In this document: one piece after another, positions 25,747 to 42,062 of the stretch
Layout of the letters: the number at the start of each line of letters is the position of its first letter
Numbering within the stretch: the first letter of the stretch is position 1
Assembly: GCA_964016885.1 (NCBI GenBank)
Contig: OZ024747.1
Span: forward strand, 3,224,001 to 3,288,000
DNA from: Eledone cirrhosa
Taxonomy: Eukaryota
DNA length: 64,000 nucleotides
Direction: 5' to 3'
Translations under genes and position numbers: made by a program
The notes under the pieces: model-generated
Told to the model about the DNA's origin: nothing
Database searches by the model: none
Seen by the model: only the letters and a program-made list of their open reading frames with translations

Positions 25747-28700
25747 TTGTTTTGACGCACGATTCATATAAAAAACCTTGCAAAACAAATATATATATAT
25801 ATAAACACACACACTATGATGCATACGCACATATATATATAGTTACATACACACACAAATATATATATTATAAAGATTTGGGAGCCTGACGGCTGAGCTC
25901 TTGCCGTTTCAACAGCTATATCAATAGAAAGTCTTTCCTGATGATTTCTTACAATTGAAATAGTACTAGTCCTGTAAACATAATTTCTATAATAAAGTAA
26001 ATATGTCTATACTGTATTCACGTATTGAGTACCTTTTTTTTAACTGTGGTCCCCTCCCAATATACATCGGGATTCCACCTCTCTCTCCATATGACAGTCG
26101 ATCGACTTTCGACAGATCGAACCGAGGAAACACTGCTTCCGTTGGTCTTTCTAATTGCTGATACTCTCTATCAGTCGCAACTCCAGGTAGAAGGAGCAAC
26201 ATGTCTTGCCCAAGGACACGATGCATCACCCAGTCTGGGAATCGAACTTACAACCTCACAATTGCAAATTCAATTCTCTAACCACTAAGCCTTCATTCTC
26301 CAAGTCATCTGGTCATGAACTCAACTGTTCATTGCCTATTCACAATCAAAGCCTGTGTTTGGTCAAGAATATTAACTCTCAAATGTTTCAGTTCATTCCG
26401 TTGAAATATGGTGAGAATAGATATGTTTAACCCCAGTAGGACTGTAAAATTGATGAGTGTTTTGTTATATTTGCAGTAGTGTATTCAACTATTCCAATGG
26501 GTTTAACTTGGAAAGGGATGGACTCTTTCAAGTTGATCTTTTCCTTGATACATGAACATTTAATGTGAACATTTAAAATGAACATTTAATCCTATTAAAT
26601 CTTCAGATTTAATGGTGAAAATTGATAGATCATTGTACAAAATTACTTTTGATATTTAAGGACCACTATCTTCCTTACTTAGTGCTGAGTAAGAAATTGT
26701 TTTTAAGTTTAAAGAAAAAATACTCAAAAGAATTTCACATTTATGTTTCTTTTAACTCTTTATCATTTACATTATTCTATATTTTCTATTGTATTTTCAT
26801 GGTAAAAGCTTTACCTCATATAATTATCTCACATAATGTCAAATCTACAAGATTTTGATATTATTTATTTTGAGAAGAATACCATAACATATGTATGAGT
26901 GGCCAGTTATGGCCAGTTTGAACAGAAAGTGGTGAGAGAATTCTGGCCAGATACAGCTGGTTTAAATGCTAAAGGCTAAGGTAGATTCATTTAGAAATTC
27001 TACAGTTGCATGAGATATAATTAGGTACTGACATGACAAAAAGCATCCAGTCCACCTTGTAAAATAGTTGTGTTGGTGACATGACAAATAGCACCCAGTC
27101 CACCCTGTAAAGTTGTTGTGTTGGTAACATGATGAAAAAATACCCAGTCGAATCTCTTAGTTGATCATTTTGATGTCACAATAAAAAGTACCCAGTCCTA
27201 TAAATGTGGTTAGCATTAGGAAGGCCATCCAGCCATAGACACTAAGCCAGAAACAGTTCTGTATGAGCAAGACATGGTCACCTGATCTGACTTGTTTCAC
27301 AATGCGATAACTCATCTAACCAATGTTAGCATGGAAAAATAGACATTAAATGACAATAATGAAGATGATGATGATAAGTACTTCTTGGAGAGTTATTCTT
27401 GACTTACAACATATCTTATCTCCTTACATTTGAACATTTGATTAAAGTATTTCTTTATGCTGTCTTTATCATCAGCTGCCTTAGGGATTCCACATAACAC
27501 TCACAGCTTTATAGACTAGCCTTAAATCTTTCCCCCTATCTTTTCTTTATAAATAGCATCTATCAATATTGTTGCTTCTGTTGAAGTTCCTGCATGATAA
27601 CTTTTTATAGATTTTAATGTTAATGGAACAAATCTGCTCCTCCTGCAGTCCATTTACTTGCTACTAGTAAGGATACCACAAATACATGTTGAGGTATGAT
27701 CTGTTGTAAGAAGATAACTACAACAGCTATATTTCTTAAAATCCTAACGTTCCCTTTATTTCTGGTCAAAACTCAATTGATGCTACATTCTAAGCATTAC
27801 TGAGATATCTACAGAACCTTGTTTAGAACAAAGAAACAGCAAGACTAATTTGATGAGGGCATTTTTAAGGTTTGAAAGCAATTCACCTCAGTTTAATTAT
27901 TAATTATAAACATTCCTCTTGGTTGAATTTTAAATCTATATCAACTGAAAGCTATTTCTCAGTACTGTGAATATTTCCAGTATAAATTTTTAGAATGTTA
28001 ATATTTGTGTTATAATAGTGTTTCTAGTTGTTGGTGCTGGACTAACCTACAAGCTAAATATAACTTATGGCCACACATCCTCAGGGGTCTCATCTTTTAA
28101 AATATATTTTTATTTTATCATTAGTTTTTATTCTTTAACACTAATTCATCACAAATTACACACACACACACTTTATTCTTTATCATTAACATTCATATGA
28201 AAAATAATAATACTTTATTAGAGACAGGCCTTAAATTTCATATAGTTTAGGGCCTCAGCAGGTGAAAGTCTGGCCCTGTTTGCAGTAATAAAATCTAGCA
28301 TGTAACCAGGAGTGAAAGAAGTGTAAGAATTGCAAAGATACACAGCAGAAGAATAGAATGATATTTTCAAAACATATACAGTCCCAAAGACAACTATGCT
28401 TTCAATATTTATTTTGAAGTTGCTTCATGTGCTTTTATTTGTTCAATGACAGCAATTAAGACAACAATGACCTTCAAAATATATAATAATTTCAACAGAT
28501 ATAAGGAAGGAAAATGTCAAATACCTTTCTGTCATTAAACTACACAGTCATAGTGTCTGCACAGTTTATGTTTATCCTTACAAACAGTAGAGCTTTATCA
28601 ATTTAAAATTATTCAATTAATATCTTGTTAGATGCACAATGATCTTGGGGGAATTGTATTAGACTTACGTAAAGCTTGTACATAATGTATAAACAAGCAA

Positions 28701-28939
28701 TCAGCTTACAGTTTTCTGGCAAGTGGATGCTGTAATTCTTGGCATCAATGTTTCTCTGTGCAAGCCAATTAAAGATATCAATTTTCTCATCCATAGTCTT
28801 TCATAATATAAAGATTAATTGTCTTTTATAGAACATATACAACTTGTACCTGTATCCAACTCTTAAGTCTTTCATTTATGCAACTTTCCCACAGCTTCAG
28901 GATAAGATTTGGAGTTGATAGCTTATGTTGGATAGTATT

Positions 28940-29545
28940 CTTCTTCTTTTCCACCCAATTATTCCTGGGGAAAAGGCATAGAGGTAGAGTCCTCAAGTAC
29001 TCCTTCCAGTGGGTCATGCCAGAAGCAACTGATCTGGCTGCATCCTCAAGTGAGACCAGTCAAGTTCATGGATGTTATACAATCATCTTGCTCAGGATCT
29101 ACCCTGGGTCTCCTGTGAGTTGGTTTTGCCCATAAAATCTGTCCAGCGATTCATTTCTGAGACATTCTAACCACATGTCCATAGTATCGGAGCTGTGATG
29201 TCTCAACTTGGAAGGACTCTCTGATCACCAAGATACATACTCTATCAAGTAACATTAATCCAAAGACCCTTTGGAGGAACTGCATTTTGGCCACATATTC
29301 TTTCTGTCATTACCCAAGATTAATGACCATAGGTAAGGGTTAGAATAAATACCAAATTGAAGATAACAAGTTTAGCTTTTACACCTACATCCTTTTGTCT
29401 GATGACCAAAGCAATTGCAATCAGGAATAATAAAACCAGTTTTCAAAGGAGGAGACAAGAGAAATTGCTCCAATTATAGAGGCATCTCCTTGTTAAGCCT
29501 CTCTGGTAAAGTCTATGCTAAGTGTCTGGCAAACAGATGTATCCT
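28940..29545. mobile_element. Decayed RTE-like LINE with an inverted internal piece
   Basis: The + strand at 29432-29540 gives KPVFKGGDKRNCSNYRGISLLSLSGKVYAKCLANRC. The - strand at 28940-29400 is the 3' end, homologous to 52745-52950(+). Confidence 0.65.
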
Positions 29546-29616
29546 TGTGTTGGATATTATTTACATTCAGCTATAATTTCCCACCACAAAAAGACCTGTG
29601 GCACGCGTGCACGCAG

Positions 29617-29647
<31 letters not shown>

Positions 29648-29698
29648 TATATATTACTTCAAAATATTAATAAATATAGGCATTCATGTGATCAAATA

Positions 29699-29764
29699 TA
29701 TTTTATTATACATATTTCAGAGTTACTGAGCTATTTCATCAGCACGTCCTCATCAGATAAAATA
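29699..29764 (-). ncRNA. Type I hammerhead ribozyme (same family as 9939)
   Basis: The reverse complement reads TATTTTAT-CTGATGA-GGACGTGCTG..CAGTAACTCT-GAAA-TATGTA-TA-ATAAAATA. The flank 29658-29698 matches 9833-9880. Confidence 0.72.
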
Positions 29765-30478
29765 AATTGATGTCTGACATACCTCAACTGTGCTGATGGT
29801 TCAATTCCAGTCTTAGCAGAAATACTTAGAGAAATATTTTGGGGACACATGTATATACATATATATATATATATATGTATATACATGTATCCCAAAATAT
29901 TTCTCTAAGTTTTGATCCCATCACACTTACAATAAGCTACACACACACACATATGTTTATACTCCCTAAAACCATATTCCTAAAAATAGAATTCCTTTTG
30001 ACAATCTCATTTGCCTCTCTCCCTTATAGCAATTGTCACCAGCTTACAATTCCTCCCTTCACCACCCTATCTGAATTCTTGACCAATCCTTTAACACAAT
30101 TGACACTATTCCTAAAAATAATTTTGTTCTGTGAAAAGACACAACAACCAAAACTACTACTACTACTTCTACTACTACATCACTCTCAATATATAAGGTT
30201 CCATTTTAGACCCAGTTTTTGCAAGAAAGATGAATAGACCTTTTCAACACTTAAGTTTAAAATTTTTAATTCTTTTTAATTGTAATATTCAACATTTGAT
30301 AAGATGCTTGGCACTGATACATCAAAACCGGTTATAGTTTATATATTTCATATACATTATAAAACTCCTTTCTTTTAAAAAGAATTGTTCCCCTCATTTT
30401 TCAATAATGTTACTTTGACAAATCAAAGAAGTAAAAAAGAAAAACATTCTTGAATATATTTTCCATGTTATTTCCAAT

Positions 30479-30560
<82 letters not shown>

Positions 30561-30599
30561 TATATATATATATTATATATATATATTATATATATATAT

Positions 30600-30631
<32 letters not shown>

Positions 30632-30633
30632 AT

Positions 30634-30686
<53 letters not shown>

Positions 30687-30802
30687 ATATAGATTATATA
30701 TATATATTATATATATATATATATTATATACAAATTATTTCAAATACAAGTCGATGTTGAACGGTATGTCAAATCTATTTATCTATAAAACTGTCTATAT
30801 TG

Positions 30803-30868
30803 TATTTTGTCTGAGGAAGGCATAGCATATTGTTAATATGATATCCCTGAAATATATATAATGAAATA
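30803..30868 (+). ncRNA. Type I hammerhead ribozyme
   Basis: TATTTTGT-CTGAGGA(30811)-AGGCATAGCATAT..ATATGATATCCCT-GAAA(30849)-TATATA-TA-ATGAAATA. Stem I contains G-U wobbles. Confidence 0.72.
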
Positions 30869-31352
30869 GATATGGTTTTATAAATATAGTTTCCATTTAT
30901 TTAATATCGTATATATATTATATATATATATATTATATATATATATATTATATATTATATATATATATTATATATATTATATATATATATTATATATATA
31001 TATTATATATATATATTATATAGATTATATATATATATTATATATATATATTATATATATATTATATATTATATATATATTATAAATATATATATTATAT
31101 ATATATATATTATATATATAAATTATATATATATATATTGTTATACTTTGGGAGGGTCATGTTGCCAATAAGAAACACACGCACCAGTTGCTTTCACTTC
31201 AATTTAGATTATATATATATAATATATATATATTATATATATTATATATATATATATATATATAATATATATATATATATATTATATATATATATATTAT
31301 ATATATATATACGATATTAAATAAACGGAAACTATATTTATAAAACCATATT

Positions 31353-31424
31353 TATTTTATTATACATATTTCAGGGATACCAAATTAAAATTAAAATATG
31401 GTATGCCTTCGTCAGATAAAATAC
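31353..31424 (-). ncRNA. Type I hammerhead ribozyme
   Basis: The reverse complement reads TATTTTAT-CTGACGA-AGGCATACCA..TGGTATCCCT-GAAA-TATGTA-TA-ATAAAATA. Confidence 0.78.
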
Positions 31425-31992
31425 AATATATAAACAGTTTTATAAATAATTTTGACGTACCCTATTAGAAGCGACCATTATTTTTGAATATATATATATT
31501 ATATATATATTATATATATATTATATATATTATATATATATTATATATATATTATATATATTATATATATATTATATATATATTATATATATATTATATA
31601 TATTATATATATATTATATATATATATATATTATATATATTATATATATATTATATATATATATATATTATATATATATATTATATATTATATTATATAT
31701 ATATTATATATATATATATTATATAGTAATAATAATAAAATTGAAGACTAAAATCCAAAGAGGGCTCGATAAGGAAAATATATATCAAATATNNNNNNNN
31801 NNNNNNNNNNNNNNNNNNNNNNNNNNNNNNNNNNNNNNNNNNNNNNNNNNNNNNNNNNNNNNNNNNNNNNNNNNNNNNNNNNNNNNNNNNNNNNNNNNNN
31901 NNNNNNNNNNNNNNNNNNNNNNNNNNNNNNNNNNNNNNNNNNNNNNNNNNNNNNNNNNNNNNNNNNNNNNNNNNNNNNNNNNNNNNNNNNNN

Positions 31993-32510
31993 AGACCCAG
32001 AAAAACCTGGACGAGCTGATAAACTCCGACCTCACACAGTTACACCTCACCAAGACAATGTCACTGGACCGAGACCTTTGGCGGTACTCAGTAATAAAGA
32101 AGACCCGCCTTACCTAAATACAAAGTAAAACCTACTACAGTCAGTAGGCATCTCTAACAAAATACACCCCCGTCCCACCACCCCCACCCCATCCACACCG
32201 CCCCCTCTATGTAAAGTTATGTTGGTGCCACACCATCCAGGCCGAAACAAATGAGATCGTGTAGGTGTCACGACAAAAAAACACACAGTCCACGCTGTAA
32301 TGTGGCCGTGTAGGCAACACGGTAAAAACCTCCCAGACCCACACTGTAAATGTGGTTGGTGTTAGGAAGGGCATCCAACTGTAGAAAACCTGCCAGACAG
32401 TCCTATGCGAGCAAGACAATCACTCTTGCCTCAAGTGGGAAAACCCCCGTCCAAACCCATGCAAGCGTGGAACACGGACGTTAAACGATGATGATGATGA
32501 TGATGATGAT
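31993..32510 (+). mobile_element. RTE LINE 3' fragment (same family), truncated by the N gap
   Basis: RPRKTW; collinear with 22357-22860; (GAT)n tail runs into (TA)n. Confidence 0.85.
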
Positions 32511-32543
32511 ATATATATATATATATATACATATATATATTTA

Positions 32544-32608
<65 letters not shown>

Positions 32609-32656
32609 ATTACATATATATATATATATATATATTACATATATATATATTATATA

Positions 32657-32749
<93 letters not shown>

Positions 32750-32840
32750 TATACATATATATATATATACATATATATATACATATATATATATATACAT
32801 ATATATATACATATATATATATATACATATATATATATAC

Positions 32841-32871
<31 letters not shown>

Positions 32872-33321
32872 CATATATATACATATATATATACATATAT
32901 ATACATATATATACATATATATACATATATATATACATATATATACATATATATATACATATATATACATATATATATACATATATATACATATATATAC
33001 ATATATATACATATATATACATATATATACATATATATATACATATATATACATATATATACATATATATATACATATATATACATATATATATACATAT
33101 ATATACATATATATATAAATATATATATACATATATATAAATATATATATACATATATATATACATATATATAAATATATATAATACATATATATACATA
33201 TATATATACATATATATACATATATATATACATATATATATATATACATATATACATATATATATATATACATATATACATATACATATATATACATATA
33301 CATATATATACATATATATAC

Positions 33322-33424
<103 letters not shown>

Positions 33425-33425
33425 C

Positions 33426-33500
<75 letters not shown>

Positions 33501-33501
33501 C

Positions 33502-33562
<61 letters not shown>

Positions 33563-33575
33563 TATACATATATAT

Positions 33576-33640
<65 letters not shown>

Positions 33641-33646
33641 ATAATA

Positions 33647-33684
<38 letters not shown>

Positions 33685-33689
33685 TATTA

Positions 33690-33791
<102 letters not shown>

Positions 33792-33794
33792 TAT

Positions 33795-33827
<33 letters not shown>

Positions 33828-33837
33828 GTATATATAA

Positions 33838-33880
<43 letters not shown>

Positions 33881-33883
33881 ATA

Positions 33884-33926
<43 letters not shown>

Positions 33927-33929
33927 ATA

Positions 33930-33972
<43 letters not shown>

Positions 33973-33982
33973 ATATATATAT

Positions 33983-34014
<32 letters not shown>

Positions 34015-34062
34015 ATATATATATTATATATATATATATACATATATATGTATATATATATG

Positions 34063-34502
<440 letters not shown>

Positions 34503-34552
34503 ATATATATATTATATATACATATATATATATATATATATAATATATATAT

Positions 34553-34593
<41 letters not shown>

Positions 34594-34596
34594 TAT

Positions 34597-34637
<41 letters not shown>

Positions 34638-34640
34638 TAT

Positions 34641-34681
<41 letters not shown>

Positions 34682-34724
34682 TATTATATATACATATATA
34701 TATATATATATATAATATATATAT

Positions 34725-34765
<41 letters not shown>

Positions 34766-34777
34766 TATTATATATAC

Positions 34778-34808
<31 letters not shown>

Positions 34809-34811
34809 ATA

Positions 34812-34884
<73 letters not shown>

Positions 34885-34898
34885 ATATATATATAATA

Positions 34899-34936
<38 letters not shown>

Positions 34937-34942
34937 TATTAT

Positions 34943-35085
<143 letters not shown>

Positions 35086-35213
35086 CATATATATATACAT
35101 ATACATATATATATACATATATATATACATATATATATACATATATATATTATATATACATATATATATATATACATATATATATTATATATACATATAT
35201 ATATATATACATA

Positions 35214-35322
<109 letters not shown>

Positions 35323-35466
35323 CATATATATATACATATACATATATATATACATATATATATACATATATATATACATATATATATTATATATACATAT
35401 ATATATATATACATATATATATTATATATACATATATATATATATACATATATATATTATATATAC

Positions 35467-35497
<31 letters not shown>

Positions 35498-35620
35498 CAT
35501 ATATATATTATATATACATATATATATATAATATATATATTATATATACATATATATTATATATACATATATATTATATATACATATATATATATATAAT
35601 ATATACATATATATATATAC

Positions 35621-35659
<39 letters not shown>

Positions 35660-35665
35660 ATATAC

Positions 35666-35711
<46 letters not shown>

Positions 35712-35723
35712 TATTATATATAC

Positions 35724-35756
<33 letters not shown>

Positions 35757-35762
35757 ATATAC

Positions 35763-35812
<50 letters not shown>

Positions 35813-35813
35813 C

Positions 35814-35861
<48 letters not shown>

Positions 35862-35904
35862 TATTATATATACATATATATATATATATATATAATATAT
35901 ATAT

Positions 35905-35945
<41 letters not shown>

Positions 35946-35948
35946 TAT

Positions 35949-35989
<41 letters not shown>

Positions 35990-35992
35990 TAT

Positions 35993-36024
<32 letters not shown>

Positions 36025-36034
36025 ATATATATAT

Positions 36035-36066
<32 letters not shown>

Positions 36067-36076
36067 ATATATATAT

Positions 36077-36154
<78 letters not shown>

Positions 36155-36212
36155 TATATATAATATATATATTATATATACATATATATATATATATATA
36201 TAATATATATAT

Positions 36213-36244
<32 letters not shown>

Positions 36245-36320
36245 ATATATATATTATATATATATATATATACATATATATATTATATATACATATATAT
36301 ATATATAATATATATATCTA

Positions 36321-36364
<44 letters not shown>

Positions 36365-36390
36365 TATTATATATACATATATATATATAT

Positions 36391-36435
<45 letters not shown>

Positions 36436-36447
36436 TATTATATATAC

Positions 36448-36512
<65 letters not shown>

Positions 36513-36539
36513 ATATATATATTATATATATATACATAT

Positions 36540-36571
<32 letters not shown>

Positions 36572-36592
36572 CATATATATTATATATATATG

Positions 36593-36624
<32 letters not shown>

Positions 36625-36653
36625 ATGTATATATATATATATAATATATATAT

Positions 36654-36701
<48 letters not shown>

Positions 36702-36726
36702 GTATATATATATATAATATATATAT

Positions 36727-36760
<34 letters not shown>

Positions 36761-36829
36761 TTATATATATATGTATATATATAATATATATATTATATAT
36801 ATATGTATATATATATATAATATATATAT

Positions 36830-36863
<34 letters not shown>

Positions 36864-36896
36864 TTATATATATATGTATATATATAATATATATAT

Positions 36897-36990
<94 letters not shown>

Positions 36991-37020
36991 TATATATATA
37001 TATATATAATATATATATTA

Positions 37021-37113
<93 letters not shown>

Positions 37114-37396
37114 ATATATATATTATATATATATGTCATATATATATATTTATAATATATATATTATATATATATGTATATATATGTATATATATATATA
37201 TAATATATATATTATATATATATGTATATATATATATAATATATATATTATATATATATGTATATATATATATATAATATATATATTATATATATATGTA
37301 TATATATGTATATATATATATATATAATATATATATTATATATATATGTATATATATGTATATATATATATATAATATATATATTATATATATATG

Positions 37397-37427
<31 letters not shown>

Positions 37428-37476
37428 TATTATATATATATGTATGTATATTTATATATAATATATATATTATATA

Positions 37477-37521
<45 letters not shown>

Positions 37522-37563
37522 TATTATATATATATGTATATATATATAATATATATATTATAT

Positions 37564-37597
<34 letters not shown>

Positions 37598-37598
37598 A

Positions 37599-37683
<85 letters not shown>

Positions 37684-37686
37684 TAT

Positions 37687-37765
<79 letters not shown>

Positions 37766-37777
37766 ATATATATATAT

Positions 37778-37860
<83 letters not shown>

Positions 37861-37874
37861 GTTATATATATATG

Positions 37875-38017
<143 letters not shown>

Positions 38018-38028
38018 GTATATATATG

Positions 38029-38127
<99 letters not shown>

Positions 38128-38162
38128 GTATATATATGTATATATATATATGTATATATATG

Positions 38163-38301
<139 letters not shown>

Positions 38302-38380
38302 GTTATATATATATATATATATGTTATATATATGTATATATATATATATATATGTTATATATATATATATATATGTTATA

Positions 38381-38409
<29 letters not shown>

Positions 38410-38411
<2 letters not shown>

Positions 38412-38572
38412 CATCATCATCATCATCATCATCAACGTTTAACGTCCGTGTTCCACGCTTGCATGGGTTTGGACGGGGGTAGTCCCACTTGAGGCAAGAG
38501 TGATTGTCTTGCTCGCATAGGACTGTCTGGCAGGTTTTCTACAGTTGGATGCCCTTCCTAACACCAACCACA
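38410..38572 (-). mobile_element. RTE LINE 3' tail embedded in the TA array
   Basis: Reverse complement of 32352-32510. Confidence 0.8.
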
Positions 38573-38598
38573 TATATATATATATATATATATATATG

Positions 38599-38639
<41 letters not shown>

Positions 38640-38642
38640 ATA

Positions 38643-38673
<31 letters not shown>

Positions 38674-38991
38674 GTTATATATATATATATGTTATATATA
38701 TATATATGTTATATATATATATATGTTATATATATATATATGTTATATATATATATATGTTATATATATATATATGTATAATATATATATATATGTATAA
38801 TATATATATATATGTATAATATATATATATATGTATAATATATATATATATGTATAATATATATATATATGTATAATATATATATATATGTATAATATAT
38901 ATATGTTATATATATATATATGTATAATATATATATATATATGTATAATATATATATATATATATATATGTTATATATATATATATATATG

Positions 38992-39186
<195 letters not shown>

Positions 39187-39188
39187 GT

Positions 39189-39229
<41 letters not shown>

Positions 39230-39231
39230 GT

Positions 39232-39265
<34 letters not shown>

Positions 39266-39270
39266 TATGT

Positions 39271-39311
<41 letters not shown>

Positions 39312-39313
39312 GT

Positions 39314-39368
<55 letters not shown>

Positions 39369-39646
39369 GTATAATATATATATATATAAATGTATAATAT
39401 ATATATATATGTATAATATGGACTTATCAAGGGCATGGAAAACAAAACAATAATCAATATAGGACCCAGGAGGGATTTCACGATTAAATTAACTTCATTC
39501 TTCTCCTCTATGCATGTGTTGTTATCGCAGAGCAGGGGGAGTAACTCTGGCCGGTGTTCAAACAATTCATCCCCATTTAGATTTTTATACCTGTTCACAT
39601 CGCCCATCTTTCCATTTTTTTTCTCTCTCTCGATACTTAATCATTT

Positions 39647-39676
<30 letters not shown>

Positions 39677-39677
<1 letters not shown>

Positions 39678-40083
39678 CATCATCACCGTTTTACGTCCGT
39701 TCTTCCATGCTAGCATGGGTTAGACGGGTTGTCCTGTGGTGGGCAGTGTCCAGTCGGCTGACCATGCCTTGCTCATACAGGAACTGATTCTGTCTTGATT
39801 TCTACAGCTGGATGCCCTTCCTAACACCAACCTCATTTACAGTGAGTCCTGGGTACTTTTTTCCGTGGCGCCTACACGTCCACTTTACAGTGTGCGCTGG
39901 GTGCTTTTTTGCCGTGGCACCTCCACGACCACCTTGCAGTGGGAGGGTGTGGGGGCATATTGTCTATATGCTTCAGCTTGTACCCATGGGAGGTTGGGTA
40001 CTCTGTATTACTGCATGACGCCAGAGGTCACGGTCGTGTGTCATCGCCTTTGAGAGGTGTAATTGGGTAAGGTCGGCTTTTAT

Positions 40084-40086
<3 letters not shown>
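39677..40086 (-). mobile_element. RTE LINE 3' fragment (second subfamily)
   Basis: The - strand gives IKADLTQLHLSKAMTHDRDLWRHAVIQST, plus the GGTGTTAGGAAGGGCATCCAGCTGTAGAAA tail. Confidence 0.8.
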
Positions 40087-40130
<44 letters not shown>

Positions 40131-40131
<1 letters not shown>

Positions 40132-40541
40132 ATGTAGGAGTTTTATTGTAGCACAATAATGCAATGCAAATATTGGATAAGTAGCACTCTACAGTTTGTA
40201 GGACTGGAGTATAAATAATATAAGATCAAAAGATGGTTAAAAGAGTTCCAAGTATTTTATTATGTGCATTTCAAAAACAAGTATCATCCCGGGATGATAT
40301 CTGCGTTCTCATCATATAAAATAGGGATACATGATATGAAGCTTAAAAAACACTTGTGAATAGTGAAATTTTAAACCAACATATGTTGATTTAAAACTTC
40401 ACTATTCACAAGTGTTTTTTAAGCTTCATATCATGTATCCCTATTTTATCTGATGAGAACGCAGATATCATCCCGGGATGATAATTGTTTTTGAAATGCA
40501 CATAATAAAAAAACTTGGAACTCTTTTAACCATCTTTTGAT

Positions 40542-40542
<1 letters not shown>
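40131..40542. mobile_element. Fold-back element (~159-bp arms, no loop) with hammerhead, between (TA)n tracts
   Basis: 40224-40382 is the inverse of 40383-40542, with axis CAACAT|ATGTTG. Confidence 0.85.
40444..40510 (+). ncRNA. Type I hammerhead ribozyme (intact-looking)
   Basis: TTTTAT-CTGATGA(40450)-GAACGCAGATATCATCC CG GGATGATAATTGTTTTT-GAAA(40493)-TGCACA-TA(40504)-ATAAAA. All three stems can pair. Confidence 0.8.
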
Positions 40543-40639
<97 letters not shown>

Positions 40640-40976
40640 GAAGGCACATGGCTTAATGGTTAGAGCATTGGCCTTGCAATCGAAAGTTTGTGAGTTCATT
40701 TCTCAGACGGGTGATGTGTTGTTTCCTTGAGCAAGGCACTTTATTTCACATTGCTCCAGTTTACTTAGCTGTAGAAATGAGATGATAGGGACTGAGGTCC
40801 CTATCATTCCACTGCAAAGTGAACGTGAAGGCGCATGGTAAAAAAGCAGCCAGCACTCACTGTAAATTAGGTTGGTGTTAGGAAGGGCATCCAACTGTAG
40901 AAATCAAGCCAGAATGAGTTCCCGTCCCACCCTTGCAAGCAGGGAAAAGCGGATGTAAAATGATGAAGATGATGAT
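40640..40976 (+). mobile_element. Full-length tRNA-derived SINE with a CORE-like centre and an RTE-derived tail
   Basis: A-box-like TGGCTTAATGGTTAGAGC, B-box-like GAGTTCATTTC, centre TCCTTGAGCAAGGCACTTTATTTCAC, and a 3' tail shared with the RTE copies. A 5'-truncated copy lies at 3822-4074; relatives at 42760-42866(-), 56550-56870 and 60210-60440. Confidence 0.78.
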
Positions 40977-41499
40977 ATATTATTTGATTATGATGAAAGT
41001 CTAAGCGATTTCATATATATACTTATATTACAGATCATGAGTTCTGACCATACTCATTTGACTAAATAATTAAAAAAATATATGTATATATATATATATA
41101 TATATGTGTGTTTTTGCTTATATATCACATTTAAAATATTTAGCTATAAATGTTAATATTTTGACAATAGTTAATATAGTAAAAGACTATATTGGAATAG
41201 ATCACACGACAGCTTAAAGGGAAATAACTTTGCAATATTTTATTAAAATACCTCCCTTGAAATTAAATTTCCTAACTATAGTGTTTTGCTTCATTAACAA
41301 TATATTTTTGTTTTTGACTCATATATATATAATTATTTTATATAGTTTTTATTGAAACAGAGGAAACTCAACATGTCTAGTCATTTTAATTATTGATTTG
41401 TTGAAAATAGACATTTGTGTTTCCATTAAAAGTGTAGATACATACACACATACACTCACATGTATATACATACATACGTACACACATACTCACACATAT

Positions 41500-42062
41500 A
41501 TCATCATCATCGTTTAACGTCCATTTTCCACGCTAGCATGGGTCTGGACGGGAATTGTCCCACTTGAGGCAAGATTGGTTGTCTTGCTCGCATAGGACTG
41601 TCTGGCGGGTTTTCTACGGCTGGGTGCCCTTCCCAACACCAACCACGTTTACAGTGTGTACTGGGAGGTTTTTACCGTGTTACCTACACGGCCACATTAC
41701 AGCGTGGACTGTGTGTTTTTTTGTCGTGACACCTACACGACCTCATTTGTTTCGGACTGGATGTTGTGGTACCAACATAACTTCACATTTAAGGGGATGG
41801 TGTGGATGGGGTGGGGGTAGTGGGACGGGGGGTGTATTTTGGTAAGAGGTGCCTACTCTGTAGCTACTGTCTATTTTTATCGCCCTGCACTCTTTTATAC
41901 AGCTGTCGTCTTTAATGCGCATCATGTGACCGTACCATTGTAGTCTTCTTTCGAGTAAACAACATCTGATCCCTCTTATTCCTAATTTCTCCCTTAGTTC
42001 GTTTATGCTTTGCCATTCACGTATATTACTATTACACATCCAGCGGAGCATGCAAGCTTTGT
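41500..42062 (-). mobile_element. RTE LINE 3' fragment with an internal deletion
   Basis: ORF MLRWMCN..INELREKLGIRGIRCCLLERRLQWYGHMMR, plus a 3'UTR identical in family to 22520-22860. Confidence 0.85.

Larger units (their letters stand above)
30735..31478. mobile_element. Pair of inverted ~170-bp hammerhead-bearing units separated by TA repeats
   Basis: 30735-30910 is the diverged inverse of 31311-31478, with CTGAGGA on + and CTGACGA on -. Confidence 0.75.

Noticed and set aside
40640-40715. tRNA gene
   Set aside because: tRNA-like SINE head; no complete cloverleaf, and it continues into the SINE core.
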